DNA of 64,000 nucleotides from an uncultured delta proteobacterium (GCA_963755125.1 CAVWIP010000010.1:192001-256000); one strand, 5' to 3'. Counted from the first letter of the stretch, positions 46,349 to 56,252 are shown. Notes: generated by a model not told the origin, from the letters alone. Translations and numbers: made by a program.

Positions 46349-49300
46349 ATGACGAGTGACGTGTCGGTCAGCCGTCCGCCGAGACTCAGCTGCGGTTGGG
46401 TGAGGCTTCTCGTCCATGTCTGGGCGATCTCTGTCCTTTCATTAGCCGCGGCCTGCAGCGTCGACGATGTTCCGAATGCGCAAAGAGACGCGCCGGCGGG
46501 GCCCGGAGCGATCGACACGTCGCCGTCAGGTTCAGGCGGAGCAATCCCGAATCTGCCTGAGCCGCCCACAACCGATGGTGGAATCTGTCCGTTACTTGTC
46601 TGCAGCACGGGGACGACCCAGAACTGCGGGGATCTTGTGGACGTCTGCGGACAGACGTTGCGCTGTGGCGCGTGTTCCGCCGACAAGCAGTGCAAGAATA
46701 ATGTGTGCGTGGGGACCGAATGCCTTGCGGGCTGTAACGTTGCGGGCGGGTCGTATTGCGGGTTGATCGGCGACGGCTGCGGTGGTACGCTCGACTGTGG
46801 GACTGCGTGCCCACTGGCCGGGTGGACGTGCGGAGCCGACCACATCTGCAAAGGCGATTCCAGCGTCTGCCAGGCCGATACTTGCGTGGCGGCCTCGGGA
46901 GACCAATACTGTGGGACCATCGGGGATGGCTGCGGCAACACGCTGGACTGCGGGAATCCCTGTCTCACTGGATGGAATTGTGTCAACAACCTCTGCGTGG
47001 GCCTTCCGGGGGTGTGCAGTGCACTAAAGTGCGCCACCGACAGCGGGGACCACTACTGCGGGAACATTGGGGACGGCTGTGGCGGCACGCTCGACTGCGG
47101 GGATGAGTGCCCTGCGGGATGGACGTGCGAGGAACATATGTGCAAGGCGACGCCGCCCGCGTGTATTTTGGCGACCTGCACGACTGCCGGCGGGGACCAT
47201 TATTGCGGGCCGATTGGGGACGGGTGCGGCGGGACGCTCGATTGCGGGACTGGCTGTCCCGCTGGATGGACCTGTGTGAATTCGGTTTGCGTCGGTGGGC
47301 CCCCGGCTTGCACGCCGGCAACCTGCGACACGGCAGGCGGCGGACGGTACTGCGGCCAAGTCGGGGACGGCTGTGGGGGCACGTTGGACTGTCCGACGGA
47401 TTGTCCACAGCCCGGATGGGTGTGTCAGGATAGTCTGTGCGTAGGGCCGCCCTCCGTGTGCACGAAGATCACGTGCGCGACCGCAGGCGGTGATCACTAC
47501 TGCGGCACCGTGGGGGACAATTGCGGTGGGTCGCTTGTGTGCGGGGACGACTGTCCCTTGGGCTGGACCTGCGGACCCGACCAAATCTGCAAGGGGGGCG
47601 TGGACGTCTGTAGCCCCCTGAGCTGCACGACCTTGAGCGGGGATCATTACTGCGGGACCGTGGGGGACGGTTGCGGCGGCACTCTGGCATGTGGCAGCGA
47701 CTGTCCCGCGGGGTGGACCTGTGGACCTGACAACATTTGCAGGGGGGGCGCGGCGTGCATGCCGGTGACATGCGACGCACCCAACGGCGACCACTATTGC
47801 GGGACCATTGGGGACAAGTGCGGCGGCGCGCTTGACTGCGGAACGACCTGTCCTAGGGCCGGGTGGACGTGCAGCAACAACATGTGCAAGGGCGGATCAA
47901 GCTGCACACCACTGACCTGTGCGGCGTCGAGCGTGGACAGCTACTGCGGAGCGATCGGTGACGGCTGTGGCGGCACGCTCGACTGCGCCGCCACCTGCCC
48001 CAAGACAGGCTGGGTGTGCGACAGTGGTCTGTGTAGGGCGGGGCCCACGGCCAATTGCGTGCCGAAGACCTGCACCACGGGGTATGGCGATCAGTATTGC
48101 GGAACCATCGGTGACGGCTGCGGCAACTCACTGAACTGCCAAACCACATGCGCGAAGGCCGGCTGGATCTGCCAGGACAACTTGTGCAAAGCGGGGCCCA
48201 CGGCCAACTGCGTGCCGCAGGCCTGCACCACCGCAAACAGCGACCAGTATTGTGGAACCATCGGCGACGGCTGCGGCAATTCGGTAGACTGCGGAACCGC
48301 GTGCACGAAGACTGGCTGGACCTGCCAGAACAGCCTGTGCCGGGCAGGACCGACCGCTGGCTGTACCTCTCTCACCTGCGCAACCGCGAGCGGCGACCAA
48401 TATTGCGGGATCATCGGCGACGGCTGCGGCAACTCGCTGAACTGCGGGACCACATGCAGCAAGACCGGCTGGACCTGCCAGGACAACCTCTGCAAGGGCC
48501 AGCCGCCGGCCTGCACACCGCTGACCTGCGAACCAGCGACGGGCGGCCAGTACTGCGGGACCATCGGCGACGGCTGCGGCAACTCGCTGGATTGCGGCGC
48601 GGACTGCTCGGCTGCGGGCAGCGGTTGGGTGTGCGGCGGCCAGAACGCCTGCGTGGGTGGGGCCGACTGCGTGAAGATCACCTGCAACGACGCCAACGGC
48701 GTGCAGCAGTACTGCGGCGACATCGGCGACGGCTGCGGCGGCACCGTGAGCTGCCCGGTGGCATGCTCGAACGGCTTGCCCTGTGGCGGGATCTCGGCCC
48801 ATGTTTGCGACAGTTGCGCCAACCTGTGCCTGAAGCAGGTTCGCTGCGACGGCGGGGCCACCACCAGCATCAGCGGCACGGTGTACGACCCCGCGGGGCT
48901 GAACCCGCTCTACAACGTCATTGTGTCGATACCGAACGCGGCGCTGGACACGATCCCTGCTGGCGCCAGTTGCGCCTCTTGCGACGCCCAGGTATCGGGC
49001 CAGCCCATTGCCACGGCGTTGACCGACTCCAGCGGACACTTTGTCCTCAACAACGTGCCGTGGGGCACGGATTTCCCTCTGGTCATGCAACTCGGCAAGT
49101 GGCGGCGCCAGGTGACCATTCCTGCGACGATGGTCATCCACCCGTGTGCCGACAATCCCATCATCGACAACCCACCGGACGCGGGAACGCTGCCCGACAG
49201 ATTGTTGCGCCTGCCCAGGAACATCCACGACGGGGACAACAATGGCCAGTACACCAGCATGCCCAAGATCGCCATCACTACGGGTCAGATCGACGCCCTC

Positions 49301-50509
49301 GAGTGTCTGCTGACCCGCGCCGGCATCGACACCGCCGAATTCACGAATCCGGCAGGAAGCGGGCACATCAATCTCTACAGCCTCCTTTCCGCTACGGATA
49401 CGAGCGGGGACAACGGGGCCACCAAGTACGCCGGAACCGGCGGCGCTACCTTCCCGGTCGCCACAACGCTATTCGACTCGGTGACGACTGAACAGACCTA
49501 CGACATCATCATCGTCAACTGTGCCGGCTCCAACTACCTCAATGCAGGGAGCGGGCAATACGTGACCGAGGCCCGCCGCCAGAACCTGAAGACGTATGTC
49601 GACGGCGGTGGCAAGGTCTTCCTCGAACACTACTTTGCCAGCTTTCTGAGGTCGACGAGCACACTCGCGGCACCCTATGGCGAACTGGCGACGTGGGACG
49701 GGACACTGGGCACCGCGATTGCGACTGCTGACCTGACGACACGCATTGATCAGTCCTTTGCCAAGGGACTGGCGTTTGCGCAGTGGTTGCAGGCCGTGCA
49801 GGCCACGACAACCCTGGGCAGCCTGCAACTCAGCAACTCCAGCAATAACTCGCTGAAATCGAAGTACACCGCCAAGGTGACCAGCGCGCCGGCCACGCGC
49901 TGGATCTTCAACCCGGTTTCCAGCACGGATAGTACATCGAGCCATGTCCACTACTTCGACTTGCTCACCCCGACTGATCAGACCGCCAAGTGTGGCCGCA
50001 TTGTCTACACAGGAATACACGTTTCTTCGTCCAGTTCCGGCGCGGATCAGGATGCCGTGCGGGTGCTCGGTGGTACACCCGTGTTTCCGAGCGAATGCAA
50101 GGTCCGCCCGCTCAACAGCCAGGAAAAGGCGATGGAGTTCATGTTCTTCGACCTTTCCGGGTGCGTGAACCCCGCCGAGTCGCCCCCCACACCGCCGCCG
50201 CCAGTCGGGGCCACGGCGCCTGCCGCGCCGCCGCCGCCTGCCGCGCCACCACCGCCACCGCCGCCGCCGCCAGCAGCGCCGCCTCCCGCGGCCTCGCCGC
50301 CGGCCGCCTCAGCCCCACCGCCACCAGGAGCACCGCCGCCGCCGGCCGCCCTCCCGGCCCCGCCACCGCCACCGCCACCACCCGCATCCCCGCCACCATC
50401 GGTGCCTCCTGCGGCAGCGCCGCCTCCTGCGGCTGCCCCACCCCCTCCCCCACCACCTCCTGCGCCACCTCCGGCGCAGCCGCCGCCCAATATCCCCTAC
50501 ATCCCCTAG
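46349..50509 (+). CDS. Giant Cys-rich repeat lipoprotein 2 (1386 aa, 15 repeats)
   Basis: GGAGGAGG RBS before ATG 46349, lipobox LAAA-C36, same architecture, divergent C-terminal domain. Confidence 0.9.
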   Translation: MTSDVSVSRPPRLSCGWVRLLVHVWAISVLSLAAACSVDDVPNAQRDAPAGPGAIDTSPSGSGGAIPNLPEPPTTDGGICPLLVCSTGTTQNCGDLVDVCGQTLRCGACSADKQCKNNVCVGTECLAGCNVAGGSYCGLIGDGCGGTLDCGTACPLAGWTCGADHICKGDSSVCQADTCVAASGDQYCGTIGDGCGNTLDCGNPCLTGWNCVNNLCVGLPGVCSALKCATDSGDHYCGNIGDGCGGTLDCGDECPAGWTCEEHMCKATPPACILATCTTAGGDHYCGPIGDGCGGTLDCGTGCPAGWTCVNSVCVGGPPACTPATCDTAGGGRYCGQVGDGCGGTLDCPTDCPQPGWVCQDSLCVGPPSVCTKITCATAGGDHYCGTVGDNCGGSLVCGDDCPLGWTCGPDQICKGGVDVCSPLSCTTLSGDHYCGTVGDGCGGTLACGSDCPAGWTCGPDNICRGGAACMPVTCDAPNGDHYCGTIGDKCGGALDCGTTCPRAGWTCSNNMCKGGSSCTPLTCAASSVDSYCGAIGDGCGGTLDCAATCPKTGWVCDSGLCRAGPTANCVPKTCTTGYGDQYCGTIGDGCGNSLNCQTTCAKAGWICQDNLCKAGPTANCVPQACTTANSDQYCGTIGDGCGNSVDCGTACTKTGWTCQNSLCRAGPTAGCTSLTCATASGDQYCGIIGDGCGNSLNCGTTCSKTGWTCQDNLCKGQPPACTPLTCEPATGGQYCGTIGDGCGNSLDCGADCSAAGSGWVCGGQNACVGGADCVKITCNDANGVQQYCGDIGDGCGGTVSCPVACSNGLPCGGISAHVCDSCANLCLKQVRCDGGATTSISGTVYDPAGLNPLYNVIVSIPNAALDTIPAGASCASCDAQVSGQPIATALTDSSGHFVLNNVPWGTDFPLVMQLGKWRRQVTIPATMVIHPCADNPIIDNPPDAGTLPDRLLRLPRNIHDGDNNGQYTSMPKIAITTGQIDALECLLTRAGIDTAEFTNPAGSGHINLYSLLSATDTSGDNGATKYAGTGGATFPVATTLFDSVTTEQTYDIIIVNCAGSNYLNAGSGQYVTEARRQNLKTYVDGGGKVFLEHYFASFLRSTSTLAAPYGELATWDGTLGTAIATADLTTRIDQSFAKGLAFAQWLQAVQATTTLGSLQLSNSSNNSLKSKYTAKVTSAPATRWIFNPVSSTDSTSSHVHYFDLLTPTDQTAKCGRIVYTGIHVSSSSSGADQDAVRVLGGTPVFPSECKVRPLNSQEKAMEFMFFDLSGCVNPAESPPTPPPPVGATAPAAPPPPAAPPPPPPPPPAAPPPAASPPAASAPPPPGAPPPPAALPAPPPPPPPPASPPPSVPPAAAPPPAAAPPPPPPPPAPPPAQPPPNIPYIP

Positions 50510-50585
50510 TCGCGTGGGGAGTCCGGCGGCTTCGCCGGCGGCGCACTCATGGGAGGGCATGGGAATCCTTTCAGGGTTCCCATAT
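50510..50585 (+). repeat. REP/BIME-like dispersed repeat, copy E
   Basis: TCGCGTGGGGAG directly after the TAG stop. Hairpin ATGGGAATCCT-TTC-AGGGTTCCCAT at 50559-50583. Confidence 0.75.
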
Positions 50586-50728
50586 CAGAGCACTTTCGTG
50601 GCGCGATGGTTCTCGCGCAACATGTTGGTGCCTGCATCAGGCACGCGAGACCGCGCGTTCATCCTTGCACGATCGCAGCGCCGAGGGGTACGCTTGACCC
50701 AGGAAGCAGTGACGAGAGGCAACATCTA

Positions 50729-53700
50729 ATGAAGCGTAAAATATCGGTCAGCGGTTTGATGGCGCAAGTGCGCCGTCACGCGAAGCTTTTCGTTCTGGGA
50801 GGGGCGCTCTGTGGCTTGGCATGGACCGCAGACTGCAGTGTCGACAACAAAGTGAGTGTTCTAGCGGACGGTTCGGCGGGATCGGGAGCAAGCGAGGCGG
50901 GACCGTCGCGGCCTGAGGCTGCAATCCAGAGTATTCCTGAGCCGTCTTTCACGGATGGCGGCCTCGTCTGTCCGACCACTTGCAGCGTGGGAGCCACGCA
51001 GTACTGTGGCGACATCAACAATTGCGGACAGACATTGCATTGCGGCGACTGTCCGACCGGTCTGCAGTGCGCCAACAGCGTGTGCGTGGGGACGAATTGC
51101 CTCCCGGGGTGCAGCGTTGCGGGCGGGGACTATTGTGGAACCATTGGGGACGGCTGCGGTGGGCAACTCAACTGTCCAGCCACCTGCCCAAAGACCGGCT
51201 GGACATGCGGGACGGACAGCATTTGCAAGGGGGCGCCACCCTACTGCACGCCAGTGACTTGTCTGACGAGTTCAGGAGACCACTATTGTGAAACCATCGG
51301 CGACGGCTGCGGCAACACGCTCGATTGCGGGAATGATTGTCCCACGGGATGGGATTGTGTCAACAACCTGTGCGTGGGTCCACCGACAGTGTGCACGGCA
51401 CTGACCTGCGGGACTTCGGGCGGTGACCACTACTGCGGGACAGTTGGCGACGGCTGTGGCGGGACGCTCGCGTGTGGAGACGACTGCCCGGCGGGATGGA
51501 CTTGCGGAACCGACAACATCTGCAAGGCCACGCCGCCTGTCTGCACGCTGGCCTCGACATGCGACACGCCAGGCGGGGGACGCTACTGTGGCCAGGTCGG
51601 GGACGGATGCGGAGGCACGTTGAACTGTCCGGCGGATTGTCTGCAGCCTGGATGGATCTGCCAGGACCATCTGTGTATAGGGCCCGACCCGGTGTGCACC
51701 AAGATCACCTGCGCGACCTCCAGCGGAGACCACTACTGCGGAATCGTGGGCGACGGTTGCGGCGGTTCGCTGGTTTGCGGAGACGACTGCCCGGCGGGAT
51801 GGACCTGTGGGACCGACAGCATCTGCAAGGGGGCACAGCCTTTCTGTGACCCGCTCACCTGCGCGACTTCCAGCGGCGATCACTACTGCGGCACCGTGGG
51901 CGACCGTTGCGGCGGCACTCTGACATGTGGCAACGACTGTCCCGCGGGCTGGACATGTGGGGCTGACAGCATTTGCAAGGGAGGCGCCGCGTGCACGCCG
52001 GTGACATGCGCGGCATCGAATGGCGACCAGTACTGCGGGACAATCGGGGACGGTTGCGGAGGCTCGCTTGACTGCGGCACCACCTGTCCCAAGGCCGGGT
52101 GGACATGTCAGAACAATGTGTGCAACGGCGGCACATCATGCACGCCGCTGACCTGCGTGGCGTCGAGTGGGGACAACTACTGTGGAGCCATCGGCGACGG
52201 TTGCGGCGGCACGCTTGACTGCGGCACCACCTGTCCCAAGGCCGGGTGGACGTGCAACAGCGGCTTGTGCAAAGGTGGCCCCGACTGCGTAGCGAACACC
52301 TGCACCACCACGACAGGCGATCAATACTGTGACGACATTGGGGACGGGTGTGGATCAACTGTACACTGCGGGACCACCTGCGCGAAGGCCAACTGGACCT
52401 GCCAGGACGGCCTGTGCAAGGCAGGGCCTGCAGCCAACTGCGTGCCGCTGGCCTGCACAACCACGAATGGTGACCAGTATTGCGGCGTGGTGGGGGACGG
52501 GTGCGGATCAAAGGTGGATTGCGGAACCACCTGCAGCAAGACCGGATGGACCTGCCAGGGCGGCCTCTGCAAGGGACCGCCAGGGGTGTGCGCGTCGCTC
52601 ACCTGCAAGCCGGCCTCGGGCGGGCAGTACTGCGGAACCGTGGGCGATGGCTGCGGCAACTCACTCCCTTGCGGCACGGACTGTTCGGCTTCTGGTGCGA
52701 ACTGGGTGTGCGGAAGCAACAACGTGTGCGTGGGCGGGCCTGACTGCGTGAAGGTTTCCTGCAACAACGCCAGTGGTGTGCAGCAGTACTGCGGCAACGT
52801 GGGCGACGGCTGTGGCGCGACGCTGGGCTGCCCGGCGACATGCGCGAACGGAACGCCCTGCGGTGCGATCACGGCCAATGTCTGCGAGCCTTGCGGCGGC
52901 TTGTGCCTGAATCGGGTCCGCTGCAGCGGCACGGCCACCACCAGCATCAGCGGCACAGTGTACGACCCTGCAGGCTACAACCAGCTATACAATGTGATCG
53001 TCTCCATCCCGAACCTCGCGATTGCGACACTGGATCCGATCACCACGGGGACGGTGACATGCTCCACTTGCGACGGCCAGGTGTCCGGCCAGCCTATTGC
53101 TTCCGCGCTGACCGATGCCAACGGCCACTTTGTCCTCAATAACGTGCCCTGGGGCGTTGATTTCCCGCTGGTCATGCAACTTGGAAAGTGGCGGCGGCAG
53201 ATCACGATTCCCAAGTCGATGGTCACCAACCAGTGTGGGGACAATCCCATCACCGAGACCAAGCCGGTATCGTTGTTGCGCCTGCCCAGGAACATTCACG
53301 ACGGGGACAACAATGGGCTGTACACCAGTATACCTAAGATCGCCATAGCGGCTGGCAATGCCCAGAGTCCCGACAAGACCGCTACCGAGCGCCTGCAATG
53401 CCTGCTTCGTCGGATAGGCGTTGATGCATCTGAATTTACTCTGCCCGGCGGCACAGGCTCGGTCAGCTTGTACAATCAGTCGAAGAACTCAGACACGTGC
53501 AACACAATATCGGGGATAACGGGAACATTCCCTGATGCGACGACGAGCCTTTGGGACAAACAGGCTGACTTGAACCAGTACGACGTCATTCTGCTCAACT
53601 GTGGCGGCGCCGAGGAGGATCCCACTTCCGCGGCGGGTCAGGCCTTCATTCCAAACCCGGTTGCGGTCAATCTGATGCAGGCCTATGTCAATGCCGGTGG

Positions 53701-54586
53701 CCGCGTGTTTGCCGAACACTTCCACTGGGCATGGATCCGTGGGTTCACGGGCTATCCTTCCGTCTTCGGTAATGTGGCAACCTGGTATAATGACCCTGGT
53801 GAACCAAACCCTGGGACCGGGCAAATCGGAGCGGTTTCACGGGATACCCTCATTGACCAGTCATTCCCCAAGGGTGTGGCGTTCGCTAGCTGGCTTCTGA
53901 ATGTCGGTGCAACTACAACTCCCGGACACCTGACGCTGTCAAGCAGCGTGAAATACACTGCCATCGACCAGATCAAGCCGCCTTCGCAGCGATGGATCTT
54001 CGAAGCCCTGCCCCCCGACGGTGGTGTTTCGCCCCCGGACGCGGGTTTCACTGGTACGCCGGCGCAATATACACATTACTTCTCTTTCAACACTCCGATT
54101 GGAGCGGCTGAATCAGTTCAGTGCGGGAAGTTTGTCTACACGGCATTGCATGTCAGCGATGCCGCATCAACTGGCTTCCCAGGAGATCCGTCCACGGGCA
54201 GCACGGTATTTCCCACTTGCTGCGCCACTCGCACCGCTCTCTCAGCGCAGGAGAAGGCTCTCGAATTCATGATCTTCGACCTCTCGGGTTGCGTCAGCCC
54301 GGTCGAGTTGCCGCCCACACCGCCGCCCGTGGCCGGGGCCACGGCCAGTGCACCTCCGGCACCGCCGCCGCCACCACCACCGCCAGCGCCACCTGCGGCA
54401 GTGCCGCCCAGTACTCCGCCGGCGACGCCGCCACCGCCACCGCCGCCAGCGACTGTGCTTCCGGCCCCACCGCCGCCGCCACCACCGCCAGCGTCTCCGC
54501 CGGCCTCGGTGCCCCCTGCGGCAACGCCAGCGCCACCGCCGCCACCACCGCCGGCGCCTCCGCCCGGAATCATTCGCATTCCATAA
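50729..54586 (+). CDS. Giant Cys-rich repeat (lipo)protein 3 (1285 aa, 13 repeats)
   Basis: GAGG RBS before ATG 50729, atypical lipobox WTAD-C36, C-terminal region nearly identical to protein 1. Confidence 0.9.
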   Translation: MKRKISVSGLMAQVRRHAKLFVLGGALCGLAWTADCSVDNKVSVLADGSAGSGASEAGPSRPEAAIQSIPEPSFTDGGLVCPTTCSVGATQYCGDINNCGQTLHCGDCPTGLQCANSVCVGTNCLPGCSVAGGDYCGTIGDGCGGQLNCPATCPKTGWTCGTDSICKGAPPYCTPVTCLTSSGDHYCETIGDGCGNTLDCGNDCPTGWDCVNNLCVGPPTVCTALTCGTSGGDHYCGTVGDGCGGTLACGDDCPAGWTCGTDNICKATPPVCTLASTCDTPGGGRYCGQVGDGCGGTLNCPADCLQPGWICQDHLCIGPDPVCTKITCATSSGDHYCGIVGDGCGGSLVCGDDCPAGWTCGTDSICKGAQPFCDPLTCATSSGDHYCGTVGDRCGGTLTCGNDCPAGWTCGADSICKGGAACTPVTCAASNGDQYCGTIGDGCGGSLDCGTTCPKAGWTCQNNVCNGGTSCTPLTCVASSGDNYCGAIGDGCGGTLDCGTTCPKAGWTCNSGLCKGGPDCVANTCTTTTGDQYCDDIGDGCGSTVHCGTTCAKANWTCQDGLCKAGPAANCVPLACTTTNGDQYCGVVGDGCGSKVDCGTTCSKTGWTCQGGLCKGPPGVCASLTCKPASGGQYCGTVGDGCGNSLPCGTDCSASGANWVCGSNNVCVGGPDCVKVSCNNASGVQQYCGNVGDGCGATLGCPATCANGTPCGAITANVCEPCGGLCLNRVRCSGTATTSISGTVYDPAGYNQLYNVIVSIPNLAIATLDPITTGTVTCSTCDGQVSGQPIASALTDANGHFVLNNVPWGVDFPLVMQLGKWRRQITIPKSMVTNQCGDNPITETKPVSLLRLPRNIHDGDNNGLYTSIPKIAIAAGNAQSPDKTATERLQCLLRRIGVDASEFTLPGGTGSVSLYNQSKNSDTCNTISGITGTFPDATTSLWDKQADLNQYDVILLNCGGAEEDPTSAAGQAFIPNPVAVNLMQAYVNAGGRVFAEHFHWAWIRGFTGYPSVFGNVATWYNDPGEPNPGTGQIGAVSRDTLIDQSFPKGVAFASWLLNVGATTTPGHLTLSSSVKYTAIDQIKPPSQRWIFEALPPDGGVSPPDAGFTGTPAQYTHYFSFNTPIGAAESVQCGKFVYTALHVSDAASTGFPGDPSTGSTVFPTCCATRTALSAQEKALEFMIFDLSGCVSPVELPPTPPPVAGATASAPPAPPPPPPPPAPPAAVPPSTPPATPPPPPPPATVLPAPPPPPPPPASPPASVPPAATPAPPPPPPPAPPPGIIRIP
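52758..54329 (+). repeat. About 1.57-kb direct repeat, copy 2 (partner 44248-45819)
   Basis: Same evidence as copy 1. Confidence 0.9.
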
Positions 54587-54606
54587 GCCAGCGGCGGCGG
54601 GCAAAG

Positions 54607-54638
54607 GGGCGACCGCCCGGGGCGACCTGCGGTCGCCC
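54607..54638. terminator. GC-rich hairpin between convergent genes (possible bidirectional terminator or REP)
   Basis: GGGCGACCGC (54607-54616) pairs with GCGGTCGCCC (54629-54638). No clear U-tract. Confidence 0.45.
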
Positions 54639-54649
54639 GCTCATCACCC

Positions 54650-55090
54650 CTACTCCGGCCCTTCGCCCTTTGCCCGCTTCTCATTCACGCGCGCGAGAGC
54701 CTGGCGTGCGGGGCCGGCGCGGCGATCGCCTGCCGTAGCCCAACGCTGCAGCAGTTCCTCGCAGGCGGCCCGCACCTCGTCACTGGCGTCGTAGACTGCG
54801 AAGTGTTGCACGATGGCCGCCGCCTCGGGATCACCGACGGCATCGAGCGCCCTGATGAGGTTGCTCTTGCCGCGCGGCGAGGCCGTGTGCAGCGCGGTCT
54901 CGATCTGCGGCAGGGTGCGGCGGCCCATGCGGGCCAACTGGGCGATGGCCTCGTCCGCTGAACCCCCGCCGGGCTTGGTGAGGGTGTTGATCTGCGCGCC
55001 GATGTCGCGATACGAGCGATCCTCGCAGCCCGCAGCCGCCAGGAACGCCAGCACAAGCCAGGTGCAGGTCGACAGGTTCAGCCTGCGCAC
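54650..55090 (-). CDS. HEAT-repeat lipoprotein
   Basis: Lipobox AAG-C. AIAQLARMG, LIRALDAVGDP, DASDEVRAAC repeats. Start uncertain (GTG 55090). Confidence 0.7.
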   Translation of the reverse strand: MRRLNLSTCTWLVLAFLAAAGCEDRSYRDIGAQINTLTKPGGGSADEAIAQLARMGRRTLPQIETALHTASPRGKSNLIRALDAVGDPEAAAIVQHFAVYDASDEVRAACEELLQRWATAGDRRAGPARQALARVNEKRAKGEGPE

Positions 55091-56175
55091 GTCTTGTCTC
55101 CTGCCTCGCCCCGGCGGCGAAGGTGGCGGGCCATGCAACGAGCCGCCAGGCCGTCAGTGAACAGCACCTCGCTGAGGTCAGCGCGGGCGCGTTCACGCGC
55201 CTCAAGGGCGGCAAAAAAGCTCTCGCCAAGATCAATGACGGCCCCAGGCCGTGGCTCGCGAAAGGCCCGACGGCGCAGATCGGCCCCGCCGTACAGCCCA
55301 CGCGAATACCAGGCCAGGGTCTTGCGCAGCTCGTGCAGACCCATCTTGTCACTGGCGTATTCCACGACCAAATCGGCGTGGCGCCGCCACACGGCCCGCT
55401 GCTCGGCGATGCTGGGTGGGCTCGGCAGCGCAAGGCCGGTCTCGATGGCGTGAATGGCCAGGAACAGCCAGGGATTGCCACGGGCGGCGCGGCCGACCAT
55501 CACGGCGTCACAGCCTGTTTCACTCTTCATGCGGCGGTAGTCGTCCACGGTCTTCACGTCACCGTTGCCGACCACCGGAATCTCGCTGGGCAAGGCCGCG
55601 CGCACCGCCGCGATCGGGCCCAGGCGAACCTGACCGGAGAACCCCTGCTCGCGCGTGCGCCCGTGGACCGTGACCATGGCCGCTCCCGCCTCGACCATGC
55701 GCAAGGCGAATTCAGGCGCGTTTATCGAAGAATCCGACCAGCCGACCCGTTGCTTGACCGTGACCGGGATGGACGCGGGCAAGACCGCGCGCACGGCGCT
55801 GACGATAGCGGCCGCCAGCGCCGGCTCGCGCATGAGAGCCGAGCCGCACTGGCCTGAGGTGACCTTGCGCGCGGGACAGCCCATGTTGATGTCCACCACG
55901 GACGCGCCGGCCTCGGCTGCCAGCGCCGCCGCGCGCGCCAGTACGTCAGGTTCGCGACCGACCACTTGCACGACGAAACGCCGACAGCCCAGGCTGGGCC
56001 ACATGCGCCGCAGGACCCGTTCCGACCCGCGGGTCAGGGCCTCGGCCGAGAGAAACTCGGTGAAGGTCAGGGCCGCGCCATGCTCCTCGCAGATGGTGCG
56101 AAAAGGCAGGTCTGTCACCGCCTCCATGGGCGCGAGCAGGGCGCCCGAGCCGATTTCGACGGGGCCGATACGCAT
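55078..56175 (-). CDS. dusB: tRNA-dihydrouridine synthase (DusB/NifR3 family)
   Basis: LAPMEAVTDLPFR, DINMGCPARKV, GSALMREP, PVTVK, TVHGRT, GNGDV, MVGRAARGNPW. Confidence 0.9.
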   Translation of the reverse strand: MRIGPVEIGSGALLAPMEAVTDLPFRTICEEHGAALTFTEFLSAEALTRGSERVLRRMWPSLGCRRFVVQVVGREPDVLARAAALAAEAGASVVDINMGCPARKVTSGQCGSALMREPALAAAIVSAVRAVLPASIPVTVKQRVGWSDSSINAPEFALRMVEAGAAMVTVHGRTREQGFSGQVRLGPIAAVRAALPSEIPVVGNGDVKTVDDYRRMKSETGCDAVMVGRAARGNPWLFLAIHAIETGLALPSPPSIAEQRAVWRRHADLVVEYASDKMGLHELRKTLAWYSRGLYGGADLRRRAFREPRPGAVIDLGESFFAALEARERARADLSEVLFTDGLAARCMARHLRRRGEAGDKTCAG

Positions 56176-56252
56176 TGGGAGGTTGAAACCATAGCACGTC
56201 CCCGACACGCGGCGCTGGCCCTCCCGTGCTAAGAGGTGTCCACCACAGCACC

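Noticed and set aside
50549..50728. N-terminal extension of the 1345-aa ORF
   Set aside because: It begins inside the REP-like repeat. Paralogue alignment and the RBS support ATG 50729.
41400..52900. CRISPR array or non-coding repeat interpretation of the roughly 150-bp periodicity
   Set aside because: The repeats are in-frame coding units with synonymous variation. There are no identical direct repeats with unique spacers, and no cas genes.
44248..54329. Diversity-generating retroelement (TR/VR pair)
   Set aside because: The repeat is too long (about 1.6 kb), both copies are coding, the differences are mostly synonymous and not adenine-specific, and there is no reverse transcriptase in the window.
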